A stretch of DNA of 40,991 nucleotides. It comes from an uncultured Candidatus Bathyarchaeia archaeon (GTDB taxonomy: Archaea; Thermoproteota; Bathyarchaeia; Bathyarchaeales; WAQA01). The translations under genes were made by a program, and so were the position numbers. Positions 6,130 to 15,222 of the stretch are shown piece after piece. The number at the start of each line of letters is the position of its first letter. The first letter of the stretch is position 1. The notes beneath the pieces were generated by a model, which was not told where the DNA came from, ran no database searches, and saw only the letters and a program-made list of their open reading frames with translations. Where the stretch lies: NCBI GenBank assembly GCA_964490655.1, contig CAZBDB010000001.1:1-40991 (forward strand). The letters run 5' to 3'.

Positions 6130-8016
6130 CTAACTCTTGCGGCGTTTCGATATGTACATCTTATAAGACACTACAACTGCTATGACTGCAACCACTGCGA
6201 CTCCTGCAATTATGTCTATCATCTGACTTGGAGCAGCTTCGGACAGGATCAACGTAACGTATACATGGCCTTCCAGATCAACAGAGGTTTGATTTGCCCT
6301 AGATATGTGAATATTCAGATCCGGCACATCGTAGTTATACGAGACCTTAACCTCGGCCGACCCCTCAGGTAATCCCGAAAACTCGTAGACCCCAAGTTTG
6401 TTGCCATACCCTTTGAAAACTTCGCCCCCAACTGAAACCTCCGCGTCTGCATCAGGCACAACCGAACCATTAGGCCAATAGACCCTTAAGGTCAAAGCAG
6501 GTTCTGATACAGGCTTCAAAAGAATCTGTGCAAGTCCCCCACAGAGCCCTTCTACTTCGTAGCGACTCTGGAAGCCGGACGCAGTCACCAAGACTTGGTA
6601 GAAGCCGCTTCTCAACTCTGATACGCGATAGTCACCGCCTGAATCGGTTACACCAGATTCCCTCAGTGCGCTTGTAGCGTTGTATAGCTCGACTAATGCG
6701 TCTCTCACCGGGACCCCCGTTTCATCATTGTAGACATGAAAGACTACATCCTCCTGCAGAAGGGGCGACCGCATCTGTTCCGCGAATGAAGCCATGCCTT
6801 CCTCGTTGAAGCCTGAGTAGGCATAGACCCAGAGCCCTCCTCTCCAGAATTCTCCAGATTTCAGCTCTAGCGGAAACCTTATCAAACCAGCATTTATCCC
6901 CATGTTTATTCTTCCACCCCAACTGTGGAATCCTCCGCTAAACCACCAGTCCATGCCTTCACTTGAGCCGAACATGTAGGACGCAAGCATGCCCACAGAT
7001 ACACCTCTGTCACCCCACATGACCACCCAATCAGCTGGAACCTGAGGGCCATCTTCGACGGCTGCATACAAGTAATTTGGGGGACCTCGTTCAAGAATCA
7101 CTTCCATATAAGCCGATATGTTCTCCTGGATCTGATACAGCCCTTGTGTTGTTTTGCGACCGCAAGTGTCATAAGCTCCAATGAACGGCATACCGACCGC
7201 AGCAAGGCGTAGATAGTCGACCCCCCTCCCCGACGCAGATGCACTTGTAGCTCTTATGACAGTCACTTCCTGCTCTACAAAGAGCCTCAAATCCTCAGAG
7301 CTGTAATATACGTAGACGTCTGCTGTATTCGTTACATTTCGAGATGAGTATTGGAACCTGAAAACAGAGATCAGTGCGCCTATTAGTATCGGCTCCGGAG
7401 GCTCTACAAGCTTGTTTGACCGTATCTCACTATACATGCCGACCCAAGGATTGTCATAAACCAGCGGTAGGTTGAGTGTGCCTACAGGCGTTCCGTACAG
7501 GAAGAGATCTGCCGTCCCGTCGGGATTTACCTCAACAAAGCCGTATCCAACTGTCAGCTGCCACACGCCTCCCTTCTTCGTGACAAGAATGCCCGCGTAT
7601 TCAGGTTTCTCTGCTTGTGTATTTCCATAGTATATTATGTACTCTCTCCTTGAGTTTGGTTCCTGTTGAGCCAAAAAGGCGACATTGGCTTCGACACACC
7701 ATCCCTCACTATAGACCTCTTCTAAGACCTGGCTTGTCACCTCTTGACCAGATTCATCGGTCACTCTTATCTCCTTAGTAGCGTTCACACATTCGCCTGG
7801 AGCAAAGTCCATCTTGACGGTGACGACCTCATTCGCTCTTTCCAATCCACGGTCTTCACTCAGAACCACTTTCTTACTATACTTCCACGCACTCCACTCA
7901 TCATCCGCAGATTCGGAGAATTGTGTCATAGAAGGAGTTAAAAGAATTGTCAGAAGTACAAACAGAACGACTTTGGACAAAATGGACGAAAGCTTCGACA
8001 TGTTTAGCAATGTCAT
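6130..8016 (-). CDS. Surface-anchored protein: signal peptide, DUF2341-like N-terminal beta-sandwich, unknown central domain, two CarboxypepD_reg-like domains, C-terminal TM plus basic tail
   Basis: 628-aa ORF. The N-terminal domain pattern is W.WKYSKKVVLSE...VVTVKMDF...EIRVTDESGQEVTSQV...REYIIYYGN. Two prealbumin-like modules are present (VFHVYNDETGVPVRDALVEL...GDYRVSELRSGFYQVLVTASGF and LRVYWPNGSVVPDADAEVSV...). The C-terminus is IIAGVAVVAVIAVVVSYKMYISKRRKS. The TATA-like box at 8024..8037 sits too close to the ATG at 8016, so Met6 (ATG at 8001, MSKLSSIL...) is the more likely, leaderless, start. Confidence 0.8.
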   Translation of the reverse strand: MTLLNMSKLSSILSKVVLFVLLTILLTPSMTQFSESADDEWSAWKYSKKVVLSEDRGLERANEVVTVKMDFAPGECVNATKEIRVTDESGQEVTSQVLEEVYSEGWCVEANVAFLAQQEPNSRREYIIYYGNTQAEKPEYAGILVTKKGGVWQLTVGYGFVEVNPDGTADLFLYGTPVGTLNLPLVYDNPWVGMYSEIRSNKLVEPPEPILIGALISVFRFQYSSRNVTNTADVYVYYSSEDLRLFVEQEVTVIRATSASASGRGVDYLRLAAVGMPFIGAYDTCGRKTTQGLYQIQENISAYMEVILERGPPNYLYAAVEDGPQVPADWVVMWGDRGVSVGMLASYMFGSSEGMDWWFSGGFHSWGGRINMGINAGLIRFPLELKSGEFWRGGLWVYAYSGFNEEGMASFAEQMRSPLLQEDVVFHVYNDETGVPVRDALVELYNATSALRESGVTDSGGDYRVSELRSGFYQVLVTASGFQSRYEVEGLCGGLAQILLKPVSEPALTLRVYWPNGSVVPDADAEVSVGGEVFKGYGNKLGVYEFSGLPEGSAEVKVSYNYDVPDLNIHISRANQTSVDLEGHVYVTLILSEAAPSQMIDIIAGVAVVAVIAVVVSYKMYISKRRKS

Positions 8017-8023
8017 CCCTCAT

Positions 8024-8037
8024 CTTTTTAAGCTTTT
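8024..8037 (-). promoter_or_regulatory. BRE/TATA-like box (sense AAAAGCTTAAAAAG) for the 628-aa surface protein gene
   Basis: It lies in the 83-nt spacer after the GH42 stop. It is about 29 nt upstream of the second in-frame ATG (8001), which argues for a leaderless transcript starting at Met6. Confidence 0.4.
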
Positions 8038-8099
8038 AGACTACGCCTCATTTGACGGTGTCATGCATGCATATCTGCTCACAAGAGCTTGGCTAGCTG

Positions 8100-10262
8100 C
8101 TATACTCCCCTAAGGATCCTAGCTTTCTTCCGAAGCAGATCCAGCTTGATACTTGTGTAGCCCTCGACCTCTTCAGATCGCAACTTCGCTTCGGACTCAA
8201 GATCGACGAATTCGTATGACCCCCGTATTCTGATCTCGCTGCTCACATCTTCTTTATTATGGTTGAGCACGATTAACGCCTTCACTCCGTTGTGTTCCAA
8301 CAGCCCAGTTTCGATATTACTCCAGAGACTTGGAGTAACGCCTTTGACCTCGACGGGACTCTCAACGCCACCAGCGTGGAGGAGAGATCTGACGAACTCC
8401 CTCCAATCCCCTTCTTTGAGCAGAAAGGATTGGAACATCAATGTGCCGACGAGGACTGCTCTTCCTTTGCCGAAGCTGTTCTCGACGATCGCAGGCTCCC
8501 CGTTGGGAAACTCTGCGATGACCCTTGATTCTTCCTCTGACCTGAGAATCTCGCGGAAGGCATGCAAGGGCAGCTCCGCACCAGCGGACGGATACTTCCT
8601 CTTGAACTCCTCGGTCAATCTCAGACATTCGCCTTCTTCAGGGGTCTCTATGTCATAGGAGTAGCCTCCGAAGGCTTCGTTGAGACCGAACCCGGGTGAA
8701 GTAAGGTGAACAGCTCCGTATTCGTTCTTCATGGCGCATCCGAAGTCGGCTATGAGGCAACCGCCATTCCGCACGAAGTCTATGATGGCCTTTGCTGCTC
8801 CCGCGTCCAGCATATAGGTGAACGGCATAAGCAGAACCTTGTAACCTTTTAGCCTGCCAGCTGCGATCGAGGGTGGATTGATGAAGTCACAAGGGATCTT
8901 TGACTCCCATAGCATCTTGTAGGCGCCGAGCTGAGACTGTGCATAGTATCTCCTCTCGCCCCTGTAGGGATGAAAGATAGTCTCATCGGGTATCTCAGAG
9001 CCGGCGGCATTCTTACATGTTTGAGACTGAAGGATCGCGACCTCGGCCTTCGGACGGGCTTTGAGGAAGAGCTCCATATTGCGATTTACGATCCTGCTGG
9101 CCCTCCCAGCTGCCTCAGCTCTCGGTCTTAGGCTTCCATCCTTGGCTACTAGCCCGAATTCGTTGTTCTCCCAGCCTGAACCCACATTGCCTATCCTTGG
9201 CCTCCAGAGCCAATAGATCTGTCCCTTCCCTCCTCTGGCAACTGTCTGCCAGGCCCAGAGCTCTATCTGCTCGGGAGACGGGGTAACCGACCTTGAGTGA
9301 GCCCAGATTGTTGGGCCCCCTTGGAGCTCTGAGACCCAAGCGTCCTTGCCTGCCGCTGAAGCGGCTGAACGCACACTGTCCACGATCTGAGAATAGCACC
9401 ATGGAAAGTCTCCGCCGCCTTGAGTCCATAGATATATAGAGACTCCCAGAGTGTCAGCTGCTCTGTCAGCCATCTTCCATGGATCAGCACCGACAGCCGG
9501 TTGGTTGTACAGGATCTGATGGAAGAGGAGATTTGTATGGGTTGGATGGTTTGGGTCTCCCTTCCTTAACGAGTCGGAGACGAACTTCACCCGTTCGGTC
9601 AGGTTGTCATCGCAAAAATCTCTCCAGTCCAGCCAAGGCTTGTAGGTCCCCCAAGATCTCAAAGGACGGTTGGGCGGAAGCACCTGCATGAAGTCTTTGA
9701 AGTTCCTGTTCCAGGCGTTGTTCAGACCTTCCAGGCTGCCGTATCTGACTTCCAACCATTTCCTGAACTTGTCCACAGAGTATTCACAGTAGCATGCGAT
9801 ATTGCTGTAGGTTATGTGAGGCTCATTCCAAGAGACCCAACAGAACAGCCCTGGATGGTCTTTGAAGCGGGACGCTAGCGCTGTCAGGAACTCAGCAGCG
9901 CCGCGGCGTACGTTCGGGTTGTCAAAGCACGGCTGGAATTGAGGATATGGTTTGCCGATCTTCGTGTTAACGCCGATCACGCCTTCACCGATCTCTTCCT
10001 TGGTGATGTCAGGCGGGGGTCCAACACCGACCGTCAGAGCACATTTTATCCCGACCTCTGCCGCGATATCCAAAACTTCGTCAACATCGAAAAAGTTGTA
10101 GACGCCTGCTTCCCGCTCGATGTGGCTTCTAGGAACGAAGCCTCTGAAGACCGTGAATCCGAGATCCCTCATCTTCTCCAAATCTTCTCTTGCGCATTCT
10201 TTGGGCGGAAAGTCGCCGCCAACTATGTATGTAGCCCCAAAAGGGAAGATCTCCTTACTCAT
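8100..10262 (-). CDS. GH42 family beta-galactosidase, cytoplasmic
   Basis: 720-aa ORF with the GH42 layout. The TIM barrel has the acid/base region CWVSWNEPH, the Cys-containing segment IACYCEYSVDKFRKWLEVRYGSLEGLNNAWN, and the nucleophile region AWVSELQGGPTIW. This is followed by a GH42M-type (GATase1-like) domain AEVAILQS...YKVLLMPFTYMLDAGAAKAIIDFVRNGGCLIADFG and a C-terminal beta domain. No signal peptide. Confidence 0.85.
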   Translation of the reverse strand: MSKEIFPFGATYIVGGDFPPKECAREDLEKMRDLGFTVFRGFVPRSHIEREAGVYNFFDVDEVLDIAAEVGIKCALTVGVGPPPDITKEEIGEGVIGVNTKIGKPYPQFQPCFDNPNVRRGAAEFLTALASRFKDHPGLFCWVSWNEPHITYSNIACYCEYSVDKFRKWLEVRYGSLEGLNNAWNRNFKDFMQVLPPNRPLRSWGTYKPWLDWRDFCDDNLTERVKFVSDSLRKGDPNHPTHTNLLFHQILYNQPAVGADPWKMADRAADTLGVSIYLWTQGGGDFPWCYSQIVDSVRSAASAAGKDAWVSELQGGPTIWAHSRSVTPSPEQIELWAWQTVARGGKGQIYWLWRPRIGNVGSGWENNEFGLVAKDGSLRPRAEAAGRASRIVNRNMELFLKARPKAEVAILQSQTCKNAAGSEIPDETIFHPYRGERRYYAQSQLGAYKMLWESKIPCDFINPPSIAAGRLKGYKVLLMPFTYMLDAGAAKAIIDFVRNGGCLIADFGCAMKNEYGAVHLTSPGFGLNEAFGGYSYDIETPEEGECLRLTEEFKRKYPSAGAELPLHAFREILRSEEESRVIAEFPNGEPAIVENSFGKGRAVLVGTLMFQSFLLKEGDWREFVRSLLHAGGVESPVEVKGVTPSLWSNIETGLLEHNGVKALIVLNHNKEDVSSEIRIRGSYEFVDLESEAKLRSEEVEGYTSIKLDLLRKKARILRGV

Positions 10263-10420
10263 TGTCCCTCACATCGATTAAGTTCGCTCTGATTGAAGAC
10301 AAATTATCCTGCCATTCCCCCCTTTAAGGTTTGCCAGATGAAGGGTCAAGATCCTAGGGAGCGCTTCTTCCTTCGGCTCTCTCCATTGTCGTAAACAGTC
10401 GAGTAGAGATATGCGACGCC

Positions 10421-11596
10421 CTATGGTCCCTGCTTTCTTCTTCGCATCTTTAGAACTATCACCAAGACAATGATGACTATGATTGGCACAGCGGCCAGTG
10501 ATAGGTCTCTCATCATTGCTGCTGATCGCTCAGCATCTTCTGCCTGTCTCAACAAGTTGGAAGCTTCATCTAAGTCATCCCTGCCGCCAACCACATCGCC
10601 CCCTATGATCTTGCCGTAGGCAGATTCAGCGGCGGCCAGCGCTTGGGACGCCAGACTCTTAGCGCCTGCGTCTGTGAAGGATTCAACTGCTTCTGCGGAG
10701 CTGCCTTCAGTCCTTCCCAAATCAGCCAACAGGTTTACCATGTCTAGAGATGACTGGTAGCCTCCCGCACCGTGAATGTACAATGCAACTTCGGCTTTCT
10801 TCACCTCATCTCTTGTCATTGCTCCTTCGCCATAGTCCGCTTGCTTCAACTCAGCGCTGAAGACTGTACCATTCTCCCTTTGGTCCCATATGACATAGGA
10901 TACATACAAGTTCGGATCTAGGTTGACAACGGTGATCCCTTCCATCGGTTTGCTGAAGTCCATCCAGAAGGTTGTCTGACTCGTCTCAAACCGTCCAGCC
11001 GCGCCTTCAACGAACTCGGCCGGGAGATCTACCTCCTGCACAGCTGATCCCTCGACGCTGACATAGGCTTTGCCGCCAGCGAATACGTTGCCGGGGAACC
11101 CCCACAAGCCCCACGCGATCATCGTCACAGTAGGTGCATCTTCATCCGCTGTCAAGGTTGAGGAAACGAAGATGACTCCAGTTCTGGTTATGGTCAAATC
11201 TGTCTTAATTGACAATGGGTACGTGAGATACTCGCTGAAACATGTCAAAGTAACATAATCATCCATATCCTGAATGATGGGCTCACCGGTCGCATCGCTC
11301 CCCGTGGCTTGGGGGCCATCCTCCTCCCATACACACCAACCTGCTGCGGTGGCGTATGTCATGTGTGCTATTCTTATCTCGCTGATTCCGCCGTTCTCAA
11401 GGATGACGGCCCTGAAGATCTCCATACCAGTTGGGTCTGTAAGGAAGACATGTATCTCATCGTCTATAACCTCAATGGAGAGATCGTCTGGCTCTTCTTC
11501 AGCATACGAGGAATGCAAGAGACAACATGCGCCAATGATAGATAAAGCCAAATAGAGAGAGATTACGTATCTCAGAAATGTATGGTGTGCATTCAC
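10421..11596 (-). CDS. Family C surface protein: signal peptide, beta-rich ectodomain, Ala/Asp/Glu-rich helical stalk, C-terminal TM plus RRRK tail; function unknown
   Basis: 391-aa ORF. It has an N-terminal leader (VISLYLALSIIGACCLL), the conserved strings SSTLTADEDAP, IAWGLWGFPGNVFAGGKAYVSVEG, FWMDFSKPMEGITVVNLDP and VALYIHGAGGY, and the C-terminus AAVPIIVIIVLVIVLKMRRRKQGP. Paralogues are at 11752..12939 and 36668..37858. Confidence 0.85.
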   Translation of the reverse strand: MNAHHTFLRYVISLYLALSIIGACCLLHSSYAEEEPDDLSIEVIDDEIHVFLTDPTGMEIFRAVILENGGISEIRIAHMTYATAAGWCVWEEDGPQATGSDATGEPIIQDMDDYVTLTCFSEYLTYPLSIKTDLTITRTGVIFVSSTLTADEDAPTVTMIAWGLWGFPGNVFAGGKAYVSVEGSAVQEVDLPAEFVEGAAGRFETSQTTFWMDFSKPMEGITVVNLDPNLYVSYVIWDQRENGTVFSAELKQADYGEGAMTRDEVKKAEVALYIHGAGGYQSSLDMVNLLADLGRTEGSSAEAVESFTDAGAKSLASQALAAAESAYGKIIGGDVVGGRDDLDEASNLLRQAEDAERSAAMMRDLSLAAVPIIVIIVLVIVLKMRRRKQGP

Positions 11597-11751
11597 ACGG
11601 ATCCCTTGTGGCTGAATGCCGCTAGAGAAATCTTCTTTTGACTAGTTAAGCCTTTCCTAGCAGAAACTATCATGTTCTCCGCGGTATGGAGTGGATCTAT
11701 TCTCGATGAAATCTGCTAATTGAGGATGAACGGAAACACGAAGGCAACTGC

Positions 11752-12939
11752 TCACTTTCTTCTTCGGATCTTCAGAATCACGACTAGGATTACTATAGCT
11801 ATGATGGGGACAGTGGCCAATGCCAAATCTCGCATGATGGCTCCTGTCCTCTCCGCGTCTTCTGCTCTTTTCAGCAAGTCAGAGGCTTGATCCAAGTCAT
11901 CGCTGGCGCTGGCCACATCTCCTATTACGATTTTGTCAAATCCCGACTTAGCGTTGTCAAAAGCCCGAAGAGCCAGGGCTCTAGCTCCGGCGTCATTGTA
12001 CGATTCCAATCCCCTTCTGGCGCCGCTCATAGCAGAACCTAGGTCAACCAACAGGTTTATCATGCTTAGAGCACTCTCGTAACCTCCCGCGCCGTGGATG
12101 TACAATGCAACATGTGAAGTCTTCACTTCACTTTCCCTCATAGCATTGAAACCAGGACCCCCACGGTTCATGTGTTGATAAAGAGCAAGGAAGCCCTGAT
12201 AACTCCCCCATCTCTGATCGCTTATAGAATAATGAAGAAACACACTCGGATCTAAGTTGACCAAGGTTATTCCTTCTGATGGCTTGCTGAAATCCATCCA
12301 ATAGACTGGCCTTTCAGATATTGCAAAAAGCCCAGTCATGTTCTGCTCAGGAGTACCTTGGCGTTGAGCTGGGAGATTCACGGCCTGCACGTTTCCCTCT
12401 AGGTTGACATAGGCCTTGCTACCAGCGAAGATGCTGGCTGGAAACAGAAACCCCCATGAAGTAATGTCAAGTGCGGGCTCATCTTCTTCCGCCGTCATAC
12501 TTGAGGATATCAAGATGACTCCAGTCTTGGATATTGTTATGTTCGTGACAAAGGATAGTGAGTGAACACGGTACTTGCTGAAAAGCGTCAAAGTAACATA
12601 TTCACCCATGTCTCTGATTAAGGGTTCGCCCACAGGATCACTTCCCCAAGTCTGGTTTGAGTCGTTGCTCACAATCCAGCCCCCCGCATCTTCAGCATAA
12701 GAGATCTGCGAAACTATTATCTCTCTGATTCCCCCAGTCTTGAGAATGACAAGTCTGAAGACCTCCGCACCCCATACATCCGTCCTAACAACTTGTAACT
12801 TCTCATCAACAAACTCGACCATAAGGCTACCTTCCTTCTCTTGACAATGTGACAACTTCAACACGCCGCAAGAACTGATGACAAGGAACGCTAGACAGAT
12901 AAGAATCACAGATCTCAAAAGCCCGTGATGCGTAGTCAT
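11752..12939 (-). CDS. Family C surface protein (tandem paralogue of 10421..11596)
   Basis: 395-aa ORF with the same architecture and motifs (YWMDFSKPSEGITLVNLDP, VALYIHGAGGY, ...VPIIAIVILVVILKIRRRK). It has its own TATA-like box at 12981..12994. Confidence 0.85.
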   Translation of the reverse strand: MTTHHGLLRSVILICLAFLVISSCGVLKLSHCQEKEGSLMVEFVDEKLQVVRTDVWGAEVFRLVILKTGGIREIIVSQISYAEDAGGWIVSNDSNQTWGSDPVGEPLIRDMGEYVTLTLFSKYRVHSLSFVTNITISKTGVILISSSMTAEEDEPALDITSWGFLFPASIFAGSKAYVNLEGNVQAVNLPAQRQGTPEQNMTGLFAISERPVYWMDFSKPSEGITLVNLDPSVFLHYSISDQRWGSYQGFLALYQHMNRGGPGFNAMRESEVKTSHVALYIHGAGGYESALSMINLLVDLGSAMSGARRGLESYNDAGARALALRAFDNAKSGFDKIVIGDVASASDDLDQASDLLKRAEDAERTGAIMRDLALATVPIIAIVILVVILKIRRRK

Positions 12940-12980
12940 ACAGACCCCTTACACAACCATGAGGAAGTAGATTTCCACGA

Positions 12981-12994
12981 TCATTTAAGCTTTC
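12981..12994 (-). promoter_or_regulatory. BRE/TATA-like box (sense GAAAGCTTAAATGA) for family C gene 11752..12939
   Basis: It shares the AAAGCTTAAA core with 8024..8037. Related versions precede 11596 (AAAGGCTTAAC), 10262 (AAACCTTAAAG) and 26416 (CAGCTTAAAT). Confidence 0.4.
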
Positions 12995-13100
12995 CTCCTA
13001 GGGAAAGCTCCTAGTCTCACTTTATGAGTTGAATAATCGCGGCGGCTATTCAATGATTTCTGCCAACGCATAGCTAGTTGCTAGGTAGCACCTTTACCTC

Positions 13101-13117
13101 GAAAGCTATTTAAAGAC
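13101..13117 (+). promoter_or_regulatory. BRE/TATA-like box for the GH42-like/GH5 two-gene operon
   Basis: GAAAGCTATTTAAAGAC, about 50 nt upstream of the ATG at 13163, which itself has an SD-like GAGGAGTGAG. Confidence 0.4.
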
Positions 13118-13162
13118 AAGTCAATAGAACATCGAATATCAAGCTGACGAGAGGAGTGAGAG

Positions 13163-15217
13163 ATGGGAAAGGATTACTTCAGTGACCCAATAGTGGGAGC
13201 ATATTTCCACATATTGGCAGGACTGAAGGGTAACGAACAGATTGACACCTACTTGAGAGCTATCAAAGACGCTAAGGCGCGCAGCATATGGCTTTTTGTG
13301 GGCAATGTGGATAAGGAGAAGCTCAGCTATTTTCTGGATCAAGCCTACGAAATGGGTATCAAAGTGGTGCCTGTCTTTCAGCCAAACATATCTATCGAGG
13401 AGCATCCCGAGGTCAAAATAGTCTGCTCCGACGGTTCCACATCCGATGACCCTCGCTACGCCAACATAGGATGCTTCAACCATCTTTACCTACTAGAAAA
13501 GGCCAAAGAGATGATTGGCGACTTCCTGGGACGTTACAAGAATCATCCGGTGCTCTACAAGATTGGTGGATTGCCACTTCTCAGCTTTATTCATGAGGCT
13601 TACTACCGAACAGATGTGCCTGAGTTCGGGGGCGGACCACTCAAGCCTTGCTGCTACTGCAAATACTGTGTGGAAGACTTCAGAGCAACAATGAAGAACA
13701 AACATGGGAATATCAAGAAGTTCAACTCCAAGCATAAGACAAGTTTTGCCAGCTGGGAAGAGCTCGAGCCGCCTAGAGAACCTGACAACGCCTCATTCTG
13801 GAAAGAATGGTTCGATTACCATGCGGAGATCATTCCCAACTTTCTTAGAAAGCTGATTGAGTACGCCAAGAGCATAACTCCGATCGCCTCTACTCATGAA
13901 CTGAACGATTTCTATCCCTGCACCTACCAGTGCGTATACTCTGGCAATGACTTGTGGCGGATGGCCAGCGTTCTGGATGTAGGTCACGAAGACATGTACC
14001 CCCTGGAATTCGACCACCGCTACGTCATCTACGTGTACGAATACCCAAAAGACATACTCAGGACGGCCATGGGCTTCGACAAACTGTACACAGGCAACGG
14101 CCAAAGCTTCAACTCTTGGCTAGGCTACAAGGTGCCGCCTGAAAGCATGTCAGAACAAGTCTACTCAACCCTCGCTCACGGAGCGCTGGGCCTCGTGTGG
14201 TGGGTAGACTGGAACAACCTAGATCTATGGTCCAAGACAACTCAACCCAACGAAGAATACGGCAAACTCGTCAAAGCCCTCAGAGACTATGAACTCTCAA
14301 GGGCACAAGTAGCACTTATTTATCCTTGGACGAGCATGGAACTCAAAACCGACGACACGTTCAACATGGACAATGTCCTATTCTATATGGCTCTAGTGAG
14401 GAGCGGATTCCCAGTAGACATTATATCAGAAGACCAGATAGCAGAAGGGCTGCTAGAGAGGCAAGGATACAAAATCGTCTGCGCCATTGGATGCCCAACA
14501 CTTCCCCCTGAAGTCACTGCTAAGATCAAAGATTTCGTCAAGAAAGGCGGCGCCGTAATTGCCGACTACGAAGGAGAAGGCGTAGAGGAATTCAAGTCGG
14601 CATACCCAGAATCGGTGGAACAACCCTCAGCTGACCATACAATATACACTATCGAAACTGATCTCCCGTCATTAAAAGAATTGAAAGGCATAATCATACC
14701 AGTGGGCAATAGATGCGAGAAATTGAGAGCAATTCAGAATGCAGAGGTTATAGCTAAGTTTGAAAATGGAGAACCCGCAATCATCAGAATCACAGATGGA
14801 AGAGGATCAGTCATCAAGGTTGGAAGCCTTCTAGGCTGGGACTATTCTAACTATCCGGGACACTACGATTTTGCGGTTATGTACCCATTCCTTATTCGAA
14901 GGAACGAAACGGTCAGAGAACTGATCTCAAGGCTGCTAAAGGAAGCTGGCGTCCAACCCCCTGCAGAATCGAGCAACCCAGACGTTGAGGTCGGAGTCTG
15001 GAAAGGGGAGAACGAACGATTAATCTTAGTTGTCAACCACCTCGATCAACCTTCAGAGACTACAGTCAGCGTAAACCTAGAGCAACCGGGGAAGTACAAG
15101 GTCCGAGAGTTCATCACTGGTGAAGTCACGGAGTCGAAAGTGCAGCACAGTAAGATCCTTTTCAACATAAGCATAACGAACTTCCGAGGAAAAGCCTTTG
15201 TTATAGAAAGAGCCTAA
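13163..15217 (+). CDS. Divergent GH42-like protein (TIM barrel plus GATase1-like middle domain); catalytic motifs not canonical
   Basis: 684-aa ORF preceded by the SD-like GAGGAGTGAG. It is collinear with the GH42 gene at 8100..10262. IHEAYY...PCCYCKYCVEDFRATM..KHGNIKKFN matches the position of WNEPH...CYCEYSVDKFRKWL..YGSLEGLN. QVALIYPWTS...YKIVCAIGCPTLPPEVTAKIKDFVKKGGAVIADYEG matches the middle domain. All four Cys of the GH42 Zn cluster appear present (IGCFNH plus CCYCKYC). Confidence 0.6.
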   Translation: MGKDYFSDPIVGAYFHILAGLKGNEQIDTYLRAIKDAKARSIWLFVGNVDKEKLSYFLDQAYEMGIKVVPVFQPNISIEEHPEVKIVCSDGSTSDDPRYANIGCFNHLYLLEKAKEMIGDFLGRYKNHPVLYKIGGLPLLSFIHEAYYRTDVPEFGGGPLKPCCYCKYCVEDFRATMKNKHGNIKKFNSKHKTSFASWEELEPPREPDNASFWKEWFDYHAEIIPNFLRKLIEYAKSITPIASTHELNDFYPCTYQCVYSGNDLWRMASVLDVGHEDMYPLEFDHRYVIYVYEYPKDILRTAMGFDKLYTGNGQSFNSWLGYKVPPESMSEQVYSTLAHGALGLVWWVDWNNLDLWSKTTQPNEEYGKLVKALRDYELSRAQVALIYPWTSMELKTDDTFNMDNVLFYMALVRSGFPVDIISEDQIAEGLLERQGYKIVCAIGCPTLPPEVTAKIKDFVKKGGAVIADYEGEGVEEFKSAYPESVEQPSADHTIYTIETDLPSLKELKGIIIPVGNRCEKLRAIQNAEVIAKFENGEPAIIRITDGRGSVIKVGSLLGWDYSNYPGHYDFAVMYPFLIRRNETVRELISRLLKEAGVQPPAESSNPDVEVGVWKGENERLILVVNHLDQPSETTVSVNLEQPGKYKVREFITGEVTESKVQHSKILFNISITNFRGKAFVIERA

Positions 15218-15222
15218 GTCAT

